DNA of 64,000 bases. It comes from the human T2T-CHM13v2.0 reference genome, Homo sapiens. The DNA lies in the NCBI RefSeq assembly GCF_009914755.1, contig NC_060925.1; one strand, 5' to 3'. Shown here in pieces: positions 43,418 to 57,122 of the stretch. Numbering within the stretch: the first letter of the stretch is position 1; the number at the start of each line of letters is the position of its first letter. The position numbers and the translations under genes were made by a program. The notes under the pieces are model-generated. The model worked only from the letters and a program-made list of their open reading frames with translations. It was not told the origin of the DNA and did not search any database.

Positions 43418-43693
43418 GGCCAGACATGGTGGCTCATACCTGTAATCCCAGCACTTTGGGAGGCCATGGCAGGCACATCACCTGAGGTCAGGAGTTTGAG
43501 ACCAGCCTGGCCAACATGGCTCTACTAAAAATACAAAAATTAGCTGGGTGTGGTGGCAGGTGCCCATAATCTCAGCTACTTGGGAGAATCACTTGAACCC
43601 TGGAAGCAGAGGTTGCTGTGAGCCAAGATCGCACTCCAGCCTGGGTGACAAGAGTAAACTCTTTCTCAAAAAGAAAAAAAAAAAAAAGAAAAA
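43418..43693 (+). mobile_element. AluSx-like with small internal deletions, inside the L1
   Basis: TSD gaaagattttta. Confidence 0.94.
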
Positions 43694-44263
43694 GAAAGAT
43701 TTTTATTACTGATTCAATCTTACAGGTTATTTGTTTGTTGAGATTTTCTGTGTCTTCATAATTCAATCTTGGTAGGTTGTATGTGTACAGGAATGTATCT
43801 ATTTATTTCAGGTTATTCCATTTGTTGGTGTATAATTGTTCATAATCGTCTCATAGTTCTTTGTATTTCTGTGGTATCAGTTATAATGTCTCCTATATCA
43901 ATCTGATTTTATTTATATGCTTCTCTCCTTTTCTTAGCTTAACTAAAGGTTTGTTGATTTTGCTTATCTTTTCAAAAACACAGTACTTCATTTTGTTGAT
44001 CTTTTCTATTGCTCTTCTAGTCTCTGTGTTATTTATTTCTGCTCTACTGTTCATTATTTCCTGTCTTCTACTAATTTTGGTTTAATTTATTCTGATTTTT
44101 CTAGTTCCTTAAGATTCAATGTTAGGTTGGTTGATATCTTTTTTGATGTACTGTACTCCATACGTTTTGGTATGTTGTGTTTCTATTTTCATTTGTCTCA
44201 AGAAATTTTAAAATTTCCCTTTTAATTATCTCTTCATTGACCCATTAGTTGATCAGTAGCATA

Positions 44264-44579
<316 letters not shown>

Positions 44580-47500
44580 TAGCATAGTTTTAAATTTCCA
44601 CGTATTAGTAATTTTTCTGAAATTCCTTTTGGTATTGATTTCAAGTTTTATACCATTGTGGTCAGAAAAGACAATTGATATGATTCCAATCTTCTTACAT
44701 TTTTAACGACTTGTTTTGTGATCTAACATGGTATATACTGGAGAATGCTCCATATGCAGTTGAGAGAATGTGTATTCTACAGTTGTTGGATAAAAATGTT
44801 CTGTTATATATCTGTTAGGTTTATTTGGTATAAACTGGAGTTAAAATCCTATGTTTCTTTACTGATTTTCTGTCTGTATGATCTGTTAATTTCTGAAAGT
44901 GGGGTGTTAAAGTATCCTGCTATTACTGTGTTATTGTCTATCCTTTCATATTTTAATATTTGCTTTTATATTTAGGTACTCTGATGTTTGGTGCATGTAT
45001 ATTTACAATTGTTATGTTTGCTTGCTGAACTGACCCTTATTATTATAAAATTACCTTCTTTGTCTCTTTTTTCTGTTTTCAATGTGATATCTTATCTGAT
45101 TAAGTATAGCTATTCCTGCTCACTTTTGGTTTTCATTTGAATGAAATATCTTTTTCCATTTCTTCACTTTCAATCTATGTGTGTCCTTATAAGTGAAGTA
45201 AGTCACTTGTAGGTCGCATATAGTTGTGTCTTGTTTTTTTTTATTCATCCCTTCTATTTTTTTATTGAATAATTTAATTCATTTACATTCAAGATAATTA
45301 TTGATAGGTAAGCACTTACTAGCGCCATTATTTTTTTTCTAGTTTTTTTGGTAGATCCTTTCTTCTTTTCTTCTTCTCTTTCTTTGTGGTTAAGTGACTT
45401 TCTTTAGTTATTGTTTTGATCCCTTGCTTTTCATTTTTTGCGTATCTATTATAGGTTCTTTATGGTTAGCATAAGGCTTACAAAAAACATAATTATAACT
45501 GGTTCATTTAAGCTAATGACAGCTTAATTTGATTGCAAAAATACCCTCTATACTTTTAGTCCACCCTCTCCCTTTTGAATTTTTGATAGGAAAATTTATA
45601 TCTTTTTATTGCATATTCCTTAACAAATTATTGTAGTTATTATTTTTAATAGTTTGTATTTTAACCTCTATACTAATAATATAAATAATGTACACAGTGC
45701 CATTATAGTATTATAGTATTCTGAATTTGGCTTACTTTTTTTAGCGAGTTTTATATTTTCAATATTTTTGTGTTACTCATTAGCATCATCTTTTCTTTCA
45801 GGTAAATAACTTTTTTAGCATTTCTTAAAAGGCAAGTCTGGTGGTACTGAACTTCCTCAGCTTTAGTTTCTCTGGGAAAGTCTTTATCTCTCCTTCATTC
45901 CTGAAGGACAGCTTTTCTGGGCATAGAATTCTTGATTGGCGGGGTTTTTTTTTCTTCATCACTTTGAATACATCATCCCACTCTCTCCTGGCCTGTAAGA
46001 TCTCTTTTGAGAAGTCTGCTGCTAGGCCTATTGAAACTTCCCTATATGTTATTTTATTCTTTTATCTTGCTGTTTTTGGGATCCTCTTGACAATATGAAT
46101 ATAATATGTCTAAGGAGTAGTCTTATTTAGATGGAATATTATTGGAGGATTTTGACTTTCCTATACATGAATATTGATATCTTTACCCAGGTTTGGAAAG
46201 TTTTCTGCTATTATTTCTTTGAGTACACTTTCTACCAATTATCTTTCTCAACTCACTCTTGAAAACAAATGACTCGGATATTTGCTCTTTTAATGTTGCC
46301 CCGTAAATCCCATATGCTTTTTTAATTCTTTGTTATTCTTTTGTTCTTTTTTCTCCTCTGCCTGTATATTTTCAAACAACCTGTCTTTGAGTTTGCAGAC
46401 TCTTTCTTCTGGTCATTTCTGCTGTTGATGTGCTCTATTGCATTTTTCATTTCGTTCATAGTATTTTTCAGCACCAGGATTTCTGTTGGATTTTTAAAAT
46501 TATTTCAATCTCTCTGTTAAATTTTGTGTTCTTGTCACTTATTATTTTACTCATTTTGTTGAATTGTTTCTCTGTATTTGTTGAAATTTACTGAGCTTAT
46601 TTAAAACATTCATTTTGACTTTTCATCAGGTAGTTTATATACTCCGTCTCTTTAGGGTCAGTCACTAGCACCTTCTTTTCTGTCAATTTGGACAAAAAAT
46701 GTCGTGTTTCTCTGATTGTTCTTGATCTTTGTGTTCATGTTGTTGTCTGCACATTGAAGAAGTAAATGCTTATTTTCGTCTTTGCAGTCTATTTTTGTCT
46801 GGGAATGCCCTTCAGTAGTAAGCCTTTTCAGAGTTTCTAGGCAGATCCTCTGTACTGTTCCCAAAGCCTGGCCTGTAAGCCTGCACTGCAGCCATTGCAG
46901 CACTAGAAAGCTTCCTAAGCCCAATATCACCATGAGTGCAGTACCTGTCTGGAATTCTGCGTCCTCCAAGGCTAACATAGCATTGGAGTACATGTGAATC
47001 TTATAGCAGACTTCTGAGGGCTGCCTTCTGTTAGGGCTTGTCCTGAGTCCAAGGCTGCTGTAGTTGTCCAGTGGTGATGCTAACTGTAGATTGAGTCTGC
47101 TTGGCATGGGCTATGGGTTCCCACCTGGTGTTGGGACAAGTCTGGTGGTTCAGTCCATGGGTACTGGCCTGAAGTCAGGGGCTGTGGGACTCTGCCCACT
47201 GTTGGCTTTTAGTGTGGTAGGCTCAGTGTTGGGGATCCAATACAAAATTCTATGCTTAATTCCCTACTTTCCCCTAAGCAGGTGGTATCTGTCTCCACGA
47301 TATGCTGCCTGGGATTGAGGGAGGGGTAACATGGGTAATGGAAAAGTGTCCTTTCTACCCTCTTCATTTGTGTCTTTTCTTATTATTATGATATAACCAG
47401 TTAATGTGATCTCTTACCTGGCTTTCTTAACTCTTGTGAAGGTATTTTTGTCCATGGATAGTTGTTCTAATTGATGTATCTGTAAGGAGATGATTGCTGG

Positions 47501-50336
47501 AGAGTTCTATTCCACCTCTTGCTTTTCCCTCAACCAAAACTCAATTTTTTTTCAATTGCAGTGGTGAACTAGGCATCAAAAATTAGACCTTGATTACTCT
47601 TAAATCCATTGAAATATAGATACTGCCATTCCCATCAGGAGGGTGGCTTTCTCTGGTATTCATTGTCACTTCCTCTAATTAAAGACTAACTCCATTATTT
47701 ACATTCTTGATCCCATAACCTCAAGTTTCTTCCTTACTTTTTTCTATTTGTTATCCTCCCTCTTAACTTGGAGTGGAAGAATATATCTCCCTTCTGTCTC
47801 CAGTAAAGAAAGGAGGTAATAGTAGCCCTTCATGACAGGCACTGAATTCCCCACAAGGCTGATGACTTGTTTCTCCCCAGCTTCCTTTTACATTATTTGA
47901 AGTGAGAGTGTTTGTTTCTTTACTGGGGCTGTTCTGATCTGATGCTGCTCTATAATCTCTGTGGGGAAGTGAGTCTACTGGCAATGGGCTCTATTTAGAA
48001 TGTGAGATACTTAGTATTTTTTTGTTCTCTGCTTTGGGCATTAGCCTCAATTCCAGGATAAGATAATCTCACTTGACATTCTGTTACATAAGTATGTGCT
48101 GATATATTAAAGTATAATATGGGAAATACTGTAATAGATGTATAAGAAAATACAGAGACATAGAAATTTTAGGATTTCTCATATCATCTTGCCCTTTTAG
48201 ATGAACATTTTAGGTCTTCATTTAGAAATGAGAAGAACAGGAAAGATACCCAGGAAAATGCATGCTTATGGTTTTGATTATATGTTTGTATCCCCTCCGC
48301 ACTCGTCTGCATTTAATCTGCAATTGGCCTAAGATTCAAGGCTAACATTTAGAGGCAGAATAGGGCTCCAAATACAGTAGGTTCAGTTCAGCTTCAGATG
48401 TTGAGAGTGGGGCAGGGATACTAACAGGTCAGTGTACGTGGATGTGTCTCCTCTTTCATTATGCTTAGCCCCCTTGCTCTTGCAGGTAGAGAGTTCCAAG
48501 GTAGACCACTTAGATTAAAATCAAGGTAATTCAATAATGACTAGATGGAGCAGGCGAAGTCCTAGGATACCTAACTTGGGTATTCATAGGTGTACAACTG
48601 ACTCTTAGTCTTATCTATCAATTCTGTGAAATGTCCAGGGTCCCATCTGGACTTTAGTAGGTCCTAGTAATGCATAGAAACCCACTTCCATAACCTCTAA
48701 TTAGGGCTGTTCTTGATTGTGGTAAATGAAGAGACAATCGACATCAAGAGTTCCATTGACCGTGATAAGAAGCTGTAAGTGTAGCCACTGCTTAAAAGTA
48801 CCATGAACTTCTTAAGTTTAAGCTTGACTGTGCTTCATTCTGCTGCAACTCCAGTATGAATGGTGTGTGTTTGACCATTTGGAGAAAGCAGTTATTAAGA
48901 GTACTGCATGTGCTATGCCAGCTGTATGTAATTTTTAGAATATGGCTTTAATTCTCTATTTTGAGAAGACATTTTATTCATTCCCCAGTTGGTCAGCATT
49001 CCTGAGAGACACTCAATTCATCAGAGGTTACTTCCAGGGCAAGCCCAGTTGGGAGAGGATATGCACTGATTCTAAAGCATCATGAATGCAGTCCTTTCAA
49101 AGGGAAGCAGCTTTGTTTTAACTCCAGATGCCACCATGTTCTGTTAGACAGCAGCTGTCATCCCACGGATCAGATTTTTAAATATATTACTAAAAAACAA
49201 TGTAAGGAATTCAAAAAGTACTGTGAGTTATTTCAGAGATGTTTGGAATGATACTCTTTTTTTTTATTTGAGAAACTTGCTTAGTAGAAACTGTTGTGTA
49301 TGCTACTGAATGACACTAGGTCCAAAGTGGATAAACATTTCCTTATAGGGTAACTTATAGCAAAAACAACATTTTCTCCCTGTTATCTCAGATGCTGGTT
49401 TCAACATTCAGGATGGTCTATATTTACATTTTTAGCACAGAACAGAATTTGATAAAAACAAACTTCTTTTTTATATTCTATTTTTATTGAGTTAGAATTT
49501 TCATACAGTGAAGTGCACAGATCTTAAGTATATGTACAATTTAATAAGTTTGATAAATATATATTCCTGTGTAAGTATCATTACAGTCAAGATAAAGAAC
49601 ATTTTCTCATTCCTACTTCTATCCTCCCCATCCGCTATAGGCAAACATTCTTTCGCTTTTTCTCAGCATAAATTAGTGTTGTCTGTTCTAGGGCTTCCTA
49701 TAAATACAAACGTATGCAGTGTTTTATGTCTAACTTCTTTTGCCCAACATTATGCTTTCCAGGTTCATTCATATTTTTGGATATATCAGTAGTTTTATGA
49801 GTTTGTGGGATCTGTAAGTTAATTTTTTTTCACCAAATGTGGAAAATTTTTAACCATTATTTCAAGTATTTTTTTGTTATCCATTTCTCCTTCCTATATT
49901 TTTTGAAACTCCAATTGCATATGGTCAGACTATTTGATATTGTCACTGAAGCTCTGCTTTTTTTTTCCTTAATTATTTTCTCTTTTCCTTCGAATGAATT
50001 TCTATTGATACAACTTCAAGTTCACTAACTTTTTATTCTCCAATTTGCTCTTGCATTCATCTAGTGAAATTTTTACTCCAGGTATTATAATTTTCTGTTC
50101 TAAAATTTTCATTTAGTTATTTTTTATAGTTTCCATTTCTGTGTTGAAATTATTATGACTTATTTTTAAGTTCTTAAACATATTTGTTATAGCTTCTTTA
50201 AAGTCTTAGTTTGTCAATTCCAACATATAGGTCATTTCAGGAACTGTTTCTACTGACTGCTTTATTTTTTCTTGGTTATGGGTCACCTTTACTTAGTATT
50301 TAAAATGTGAAGTAATTCAAAAAATTATATACACAT

Positions 50337-50681
<345 letters not shown>

Positions 50682-51195
50682 TTACCTTTGATGTGTTGAT
50701 TGTTTGGTCTAGTAGCAATTCAGTTACTGGATTGTCACCTTTATCTTAGGAATGCTTGGTCTTATGCTTTGTTATAATACACCTTGGGAAAGGCCTTTAT
50801 GTTTCTTGAGCCCCTCTAATTTGGTAGGATTCAAGCTCCAAACTTTGTCTCTCCGTGGTGTACAATAGATAACTTATTTGCTCAATTTTTTCAAACTTCT
50901 AGCTGTTTCTTTTTCCTGAGCTCCTTGGAGTTGTTCTTGATTATACACAGTTCAGTGGTTAGCCAAGAATTTTAAGATAATTTATATATAGATTTGGGGC
51001 TTTCCCCTTCTTTTTGAGGGGGTTTCCTCCTCAAATTCTTGCCATTCTGGGAGCCACTACACACTGACTTCTCAATTCGATGATGTTTTGCCTTTCTGCA
51101 TGAGTTCTGTCTATCCTGCATTAAATGTGGACTGGGAATTACCCCTGAGGAAAAACCATAGAAACGTGGACCTCACCCAGTGAACATAATTTGGT

Positions 51196-51289
51196 TTAGG
51201 TTTCTGCAAAAGTAATTGCAGTTTTCACCATTATAAGTAATTACTTTTGCGATTGTAGTTTTCACCATTATACTTTTGCAACAACCTGA
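51196..51289. mobile_element. MADE1 (Hsmar1-derived) MITE, rearranged
   Basis: ttaggtttctgcaaaagtaattgc ... cttttgcaacaacctga termini. Confidence 0.8.
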
Positions 51290-51593
51290 TACTTTCAGAA
51301 GCCTAATCTTCTATAGTTTTTACCTGCTTATGGTTGCCCTCTGGTGCCTTCAAATGGTTTTGTTTTTTAAGACTTTGTTGAGAGGTATAATTGTTAGCTT
51401 TCTGAGGCTTGGTCAAATATAAATGACTTCATCATTACTAAAACTTGACTATGAGTTTCAGAATGAATACTTTGTATTGTACACATGATGAAGTATGAAA
51501 TTTGGGAAATGATCAAATATGTGCTTAGAAATACTTTTTCTTCCTCTCTGTGGTTGTCTTATTTCCCCTTTCCCAGGAGATTTATTTTTACTA

Positions 51594-51902
51594 CAGTCGG
51601 CCCTTTGTATCCATATCCAGATGCAACCAACTGAGGTTCGAAAATATTTGAGAAAAGAAAATAACAATACAACACCAAATAAAACAGATAAGAATAATAT
51701 AATATAACAAAACTATTTACACAGCACTTACATTGTATTAGGTATTGTAAGTAATCTAGAGATGATTGAAAGTACACAGGATGATGTGCGTAGGTTATAT
51801 GCAAGTACTACACCATTTTATATAAAGGACTTGGGTATCCCTGGATTTTGGTATCCTTGGAGGTCCTAGAACCAATCCCCCATGGATACCGAGGGACAAC
51901 TA
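51594..51902. mobile_element. MER2/MER2B Tigger-derived MITE
   Basis: TAcagtcggccctttgtatcc...gaaccaatcccccatggataccgagggacaac. Confidence 0.9.
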
Positions 51903-52260
51903 CATTTGTTTTCCTGCATATCTCAGCTTTTTAAGTCTGAAGTATTTTCCTCTGTCATTTCCAACATTTGCTCAGCACTTTTCCTGATTATAGTATTCTT
52001 CACAGTAAATCGTAATAATCAGTTAGTTGTTTCTAAATCCCTTTTGACTGCATGGGGGCATGAAGGCATTTCCCTGTCTTATATCTAGCTCTATGCACTT
52101 TACACATAAATATCTTGAGAAATGAATACATAAATGAAATAATTAAAGAAAAGGAACATATTGGAATGGAAATTAGAAACTCAGATTTTGCGAAAGCTCC
52201 ATTTTTGGGGAGGTTTTAATTTTTAATTTTTGGTGAAAATATAAGGTGTTTAGTTTAAAA

Positions 52261-52426
52261 TTTTTATTTTTATTTTAGTATACATTCAAGGGGTACATGT
52301 GCTGGTTTGTGACATGGGTATATTGCATAATACTAAGATTTGGGATTCTAGTGAACCCATCACCCAAATAGTGAACACAGTGCCCAACAGGTAGGTTTTC
52401 AACCCTTGCCACCCTTCCATCCCTCC
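52261..52426 (-). mobile_element. Short L1PA15/16-like 3' end
   Basis: ggggtacatgtgctggtttgtgacatgggtatattgc...gtgaacccatcacccaaatagtgaac. Confidence 0.88.
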
Positions 52427-52922
52427 TGGGGAGGCCTTTAAATGGTTATTTTCCTTTACTAAATTTTGTCATAAATCATCGATATTTTGGGTTCGGTTAA
52501 TTCAACATTAATTAAATGTTTACATTGGAAAATATATAATTTTCATTGGAAAGGCAGAGGAAAGCCCTAGCTGACTGCGTCAGGCAGTTGGAATTTCAGA
52601 AGCAGGTCAATAGGGCAGGGGGGAGATGAAATCTGGAGCTTATCTGCTCTAAATTCTGTTAAACCATTACTCAGGACAGGACTCTGGAAAGATATTAATG
52701 CACTAATGCATTCCAGAAGAGTGGTGACAGTGGCTGTATGCCACTTTATGTCACACAGTTTACATTTTAATCTATGATCAGGTAAGCTCTATTTTGCCAA
52801 GTAAGATGATTTGAACCAGCTTATAAAGAGAATTGTAGTAAGATGACGTACAAAGCTAACATTATAAGTAGTCTGCTTTTCTTTTTGAAATAAATGTGGT
52901 AAACATATTGAAAAGAAAAGTG

Positions 52923-53200
52923 TTTTTTGAGACAGAGTCTTGCTCTGTTGCCCAGGCTGGAGTGCAGTGGTGCGATCTCGACTCACTGCAACCTCTGCCT
53001 TCTGGGTTCAAGCAACTCTTTTGCCTCAGCTTCCTGAGTAACTGGGGTTACAGGCATGCACCACCACGCCCGGCTAATTTTTGGATTTTTATAGAGACAG
53101 GGTTTCACCATGTTGGTCTTGAACCCCTGACATCAGGTGATCCACCCACCTCATCCTCCCAAAGTGCTGGGATTATAGGTGTGAGCCACCGCGTCTGGCC
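52923..53200 (-). mobile_element. AluSx-like
   Basis: Antisense dimer, very short tail; perfect 13-bp TSD tgaaaagaaaagt. Confidence 0.95.
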
Positions 53201-53309
53201 TGAAAAGAAAAGTTAAAGGAATTCTGGACCTATCTAATCATCCATAAGCAGAAAGGGATTTAATGTAATTATTTTGCATTCCTCAATATTAAACTATCTA
53301 ATAAACCCA

Positions 53310-53700
53310 CTTATTCCCTCATTTATTTATTGCTTCATGCACATTCATTTTTTATGTAAATACTACATGCCAAGTATGGTACAAGGTCTTGAATACATAC
53401 AGATGAATAAGACATATTCTTTCCCCACAAAGGCCTCACAAAAAGCTGTAATATACCTTGAAATGTGTAAGTACTTAGATATAGCAAAGTGCAATAAAAA
53501 CCCAAAGAAGGAATGTTTAGTTTCCTTGGAAATGTACCTGGGAGAGGTGCCTTATTAATTGGGACTTAAAAAACAAGGTCAAAGATTTTTACAGAAATAA
53601 GGTAGTAGAGTTGATATAAAGAAGTACTGTAATGAAGAGGGGAGAAAGGCCTTTCACTCATAGGAACAGCAGAAAGAAAATCATGGAACTAAGGTCTTAG
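53310..53700 (-). mobile_element. L2 fragment
   Basis: cattcattt...tactacatgccaag...cagatgaataagacat. Confidence 0.55.
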
Positions 53701-53848
53701 AAGATAAAATGGTGATAAAGCTAATGTAAAGTAAATCAGTCTTCTAACATATGCACTAAAGTCCTTTGGTAATTAATATTTTGCTAGTGCTTCAGTGCAG
53801 TATGTGGCTTTGGATGATTGCGTATAACTTTATGGTAGGGTAGGGTAG

Positions 53849-54144
<296 letters not shown>

Positions 54145-56012
54145 ATTTTGTTCTTTCTTATTACCAATGATTTAAAGAGTAGTATAAAGCAACCTATGTT
54201 ATGCAGCTAAGCTTGAGGGTACAACTGCTAATTTGGAGGCTTTAGCTTGTAGACATGTTTTATTTGTCCAGCACAATCAATTAAAATTTGAGTTTGAATG
54301 TACTTACCCAGTTTGTAACAATATTCTCACCTCTTTATTGGCCTTCATGTGTTATATCACAGACTTAGGTTTTCTTGCTGGCATTTTAGTGAGCAATCCT
54401 TAATCTAGACGCTGGTTTTATAATCATTTGCAAAACTTTCCAACATAAAACTCAGTATGAATAAATAATTGGATTAAAGTTGATTTCAGAAATTGTACTG
54501 TTTTGTGTTATGATTGAATCTGGGAACATTTTGTTACTTTGAACAGCATAATAAACAGTGTTGGTTTTAATGGGTGGATTATTGGGCATTAGTCCAAATT
54601 ATCCAGCTAGAAGAGTTTAAATTACAAAGGCCTAGAAATTAGCTTGAGCATATGCCTCAGTGGCGACCTTAGGAATGCAGAGTTACTGAAGTTGGCAAAG
54701 AAATTGTTGTGTTGCACAGTATCATGCTTGTAGAAAAGAAAACAGTGATGATAAAACAATTATAAAACAGAGTTATTGCAAGGGAACCATTTTACTTGGT
54801 AAAAACAAAATAAAAAGCCATCCAATTTTTGAGTGAGGGAGATCTTGGAACACAGTTTCCAGAGGGGCAGTGAGTGTGAATTCAGTAGTCTCCATTGCTT
54901 TCTCCCAGAATTGTACTTTTCCCCTCAATTTCTGTAATTTTGTCTCTGTACTGATGAACTAGCTCAGTCCCCAGGGATGTTTCTTTCTCCTTAGGAAACT
55001 CTAGCCTCTATTTGGATGGAGTTCCTTTGTGGTTTCTCGTTAAGCATACCTGAGACAGAGAAATATTTACAAGTAATTTGATTACATATTAAGGGCACTT
55101 TCTTGCTCTCTCTGTCTCTCTTTAAGTTTATATAAAACTTAAACAGCACAGTCTTTAACATTTTTTTCAGCACAATTTTATTTTATTTTATTGTGGTAAG
55201 AAGACTTAACATGAGATCTACACTCTGAATAAACTTTGATCCTCAAATAACCCACTGTTGCCTCCAAGCTCTGACACAATCCACCTGGCTCCTGCTGAGC
55301 TCCTTTTTACCTGTATCCTTACCAGAATTACCAGACACCTCAGTCTCTGCCCTTGTAGGGTCCTCTCTGAGGACCAATCACTTTGCTGCTGACTTCCAAG
55401 AAGTTCTCTAATATCCCATCTGGTAGGGATCTTGACTCTTGTAAAACACTTTCCTTTTAAATCAGTAAGTCTATTTCCTTTCAATCTTGGGACCATTCTC
55501 TCCGTCTCAAAGTAGGAGGAGAGTCTTCTTTTTCAGTAGATTGGCATCCTGATATTAATATCTCCGGCACATAATGATGGAGACTTTTTGGTTTATAGAT
55601 GACTAGCCACACCGATTTTTGAAGATCTCTAAAATTCATTCATTCAAAAGAGACTGTTTCTTCTTCTCCCATAGGGGTAGGACTTTATTCATTTTGGGAT
55701 TACTGTAGTTCCTAATCATACAGTAGAGCAAGCATTCATGAAATAATAGAAGGTTCTACTTTTGGCCATTTTCATCAAGAAATATATCCCATCAGCACAA
55801 TTTCCTGTTTCTGCTGCCACTACTGTGGCCCAGTTGACAGTACTTGGTAAGTGAATGTGATTGTGCTCCTCTGCTGGCACAAAGCTCTAGACAGATTGTA
55901 CAAAATATCCGTCAAAGCAGTTGAAGTGAGGTGTTCCTCCTAAACTGCTACTGAAACTGTTGGCACTTGCTGGACTCTCCTGTTTCTGCAGAAGCTGCTG
56001 GTGACTCCCATT

Positions 56013-56101
56013 TGTGTGTGTGTGAGTGTGTGCGTGCGTGTGCGCACGTGCGCACCCGAGCGCGCAACCATGCACACCCGGGCGCCCGCCCATGCACACC
56101 C
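56013..56101. promoter_or_regulatory. CpG-rich alternating purine-pyrimidine tract with palindrome and MRE/E-box motifs (candidate regulatory element)
   Basis: 11 CpG in 56031-56090; palindrome gtgcgcacgtgcgcac; seven TGCRCNC cores over both strands; function inferred only. Confidence 0.45.
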
Positions 56102-57064
56102 TTGTTTGAATTCAGGGAAGAATAGCTAAATAAATCATTACACTGAAAATCGATGAACAGTATCTATTAGTGTTTAAGTCCTTGCCTGGCAGGTGTCCCT
56201 TTATAAACTGTCAATAAGCTACATAAAAGTACGTAGAAGGTGCTTCTGATGAGAGGTAGTTTTTTTTTTTTTGTAAACATGGATTTTGTATTAAAAGTAT
56301 TATATTCACTGTAAAAAAAGCACTCTAGTGTTTCTGCCTTTACTTAAAATGTTTTAGAGACTTCTTTGTAGAAATTACCTTCAGAGCTTTAAGCAAAGTT
56401 TTCTGCATATTGTCGATAATGGTAATTTTTCATTATTTATGATTGGGTTTGATTTTGCACCCAGTCAAAAATTATTTGGTGTGAACTCTGGTAAATAAAG
56501 TGGCTGATCATGCTAGGTCTTATAATTTTGGAGAAGAGAATAAAATTGGGTGTCATGAAAAATAATGAGATTTTCTTATGTAACTCAAGCTGGCTACCTG
56601 AGATCTTTCTCTTCTTATCTATATAACTGAAGAAGAAATGATTGTGTGAATATTGGCATGATATTGCTAAGTGTCTGAAAAGCCTCTGACAATTTGTTTC
56701 TTAACCAGAAGATTCAAACATTAAACTTTTTTATAAAAAAGTGAGCAAAACCTCTTTTTTCTACAAGGTGCTTTACTGTAACTCCTACCATGAGATTATA
56801 TGTTTTGTGAAAGAAGGGACAATATCTTTTTTGTCACTTATATATCTCTCATGCCTCCCATGCTGCATGACACATAGTGGCATATTCAATACATATTTGT
56901 TGTGTTAATAAAACGTAAACACACCAACTTTCCTCTTCAATCAACATTGACCCTACCGTTGGTGAAAGCAGTGATAGCAAGATAACTTTTAGACAATTAT
57001 GAATTGCAAATGACATGTAAGTAAGATTACACTATTAAATACAGATTATTTCTGCTTATATTAC

Positions 57065-57122
57065 TATTAGGTTGGTGCAAAAGTAATGGCAAAACCACAA
57101 TTACTTTTGCACCAACGTAATA
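57065..57122. mobile_element. MADE1 MITE, internally deleted (miR-548-type hairpin)
   Basis: tattaggttggtgcaaaagtaat / attacttttgcaccaacgtaata inverted arms with TA flanks. Confidence 0.92.

Noticed and set aside
46658-47318. 149-aa and neighbouring ORFs
   Set aside because: Lie in the decayed 5' UTR/ORF1 start of the old L1; no intact L1 ORF.
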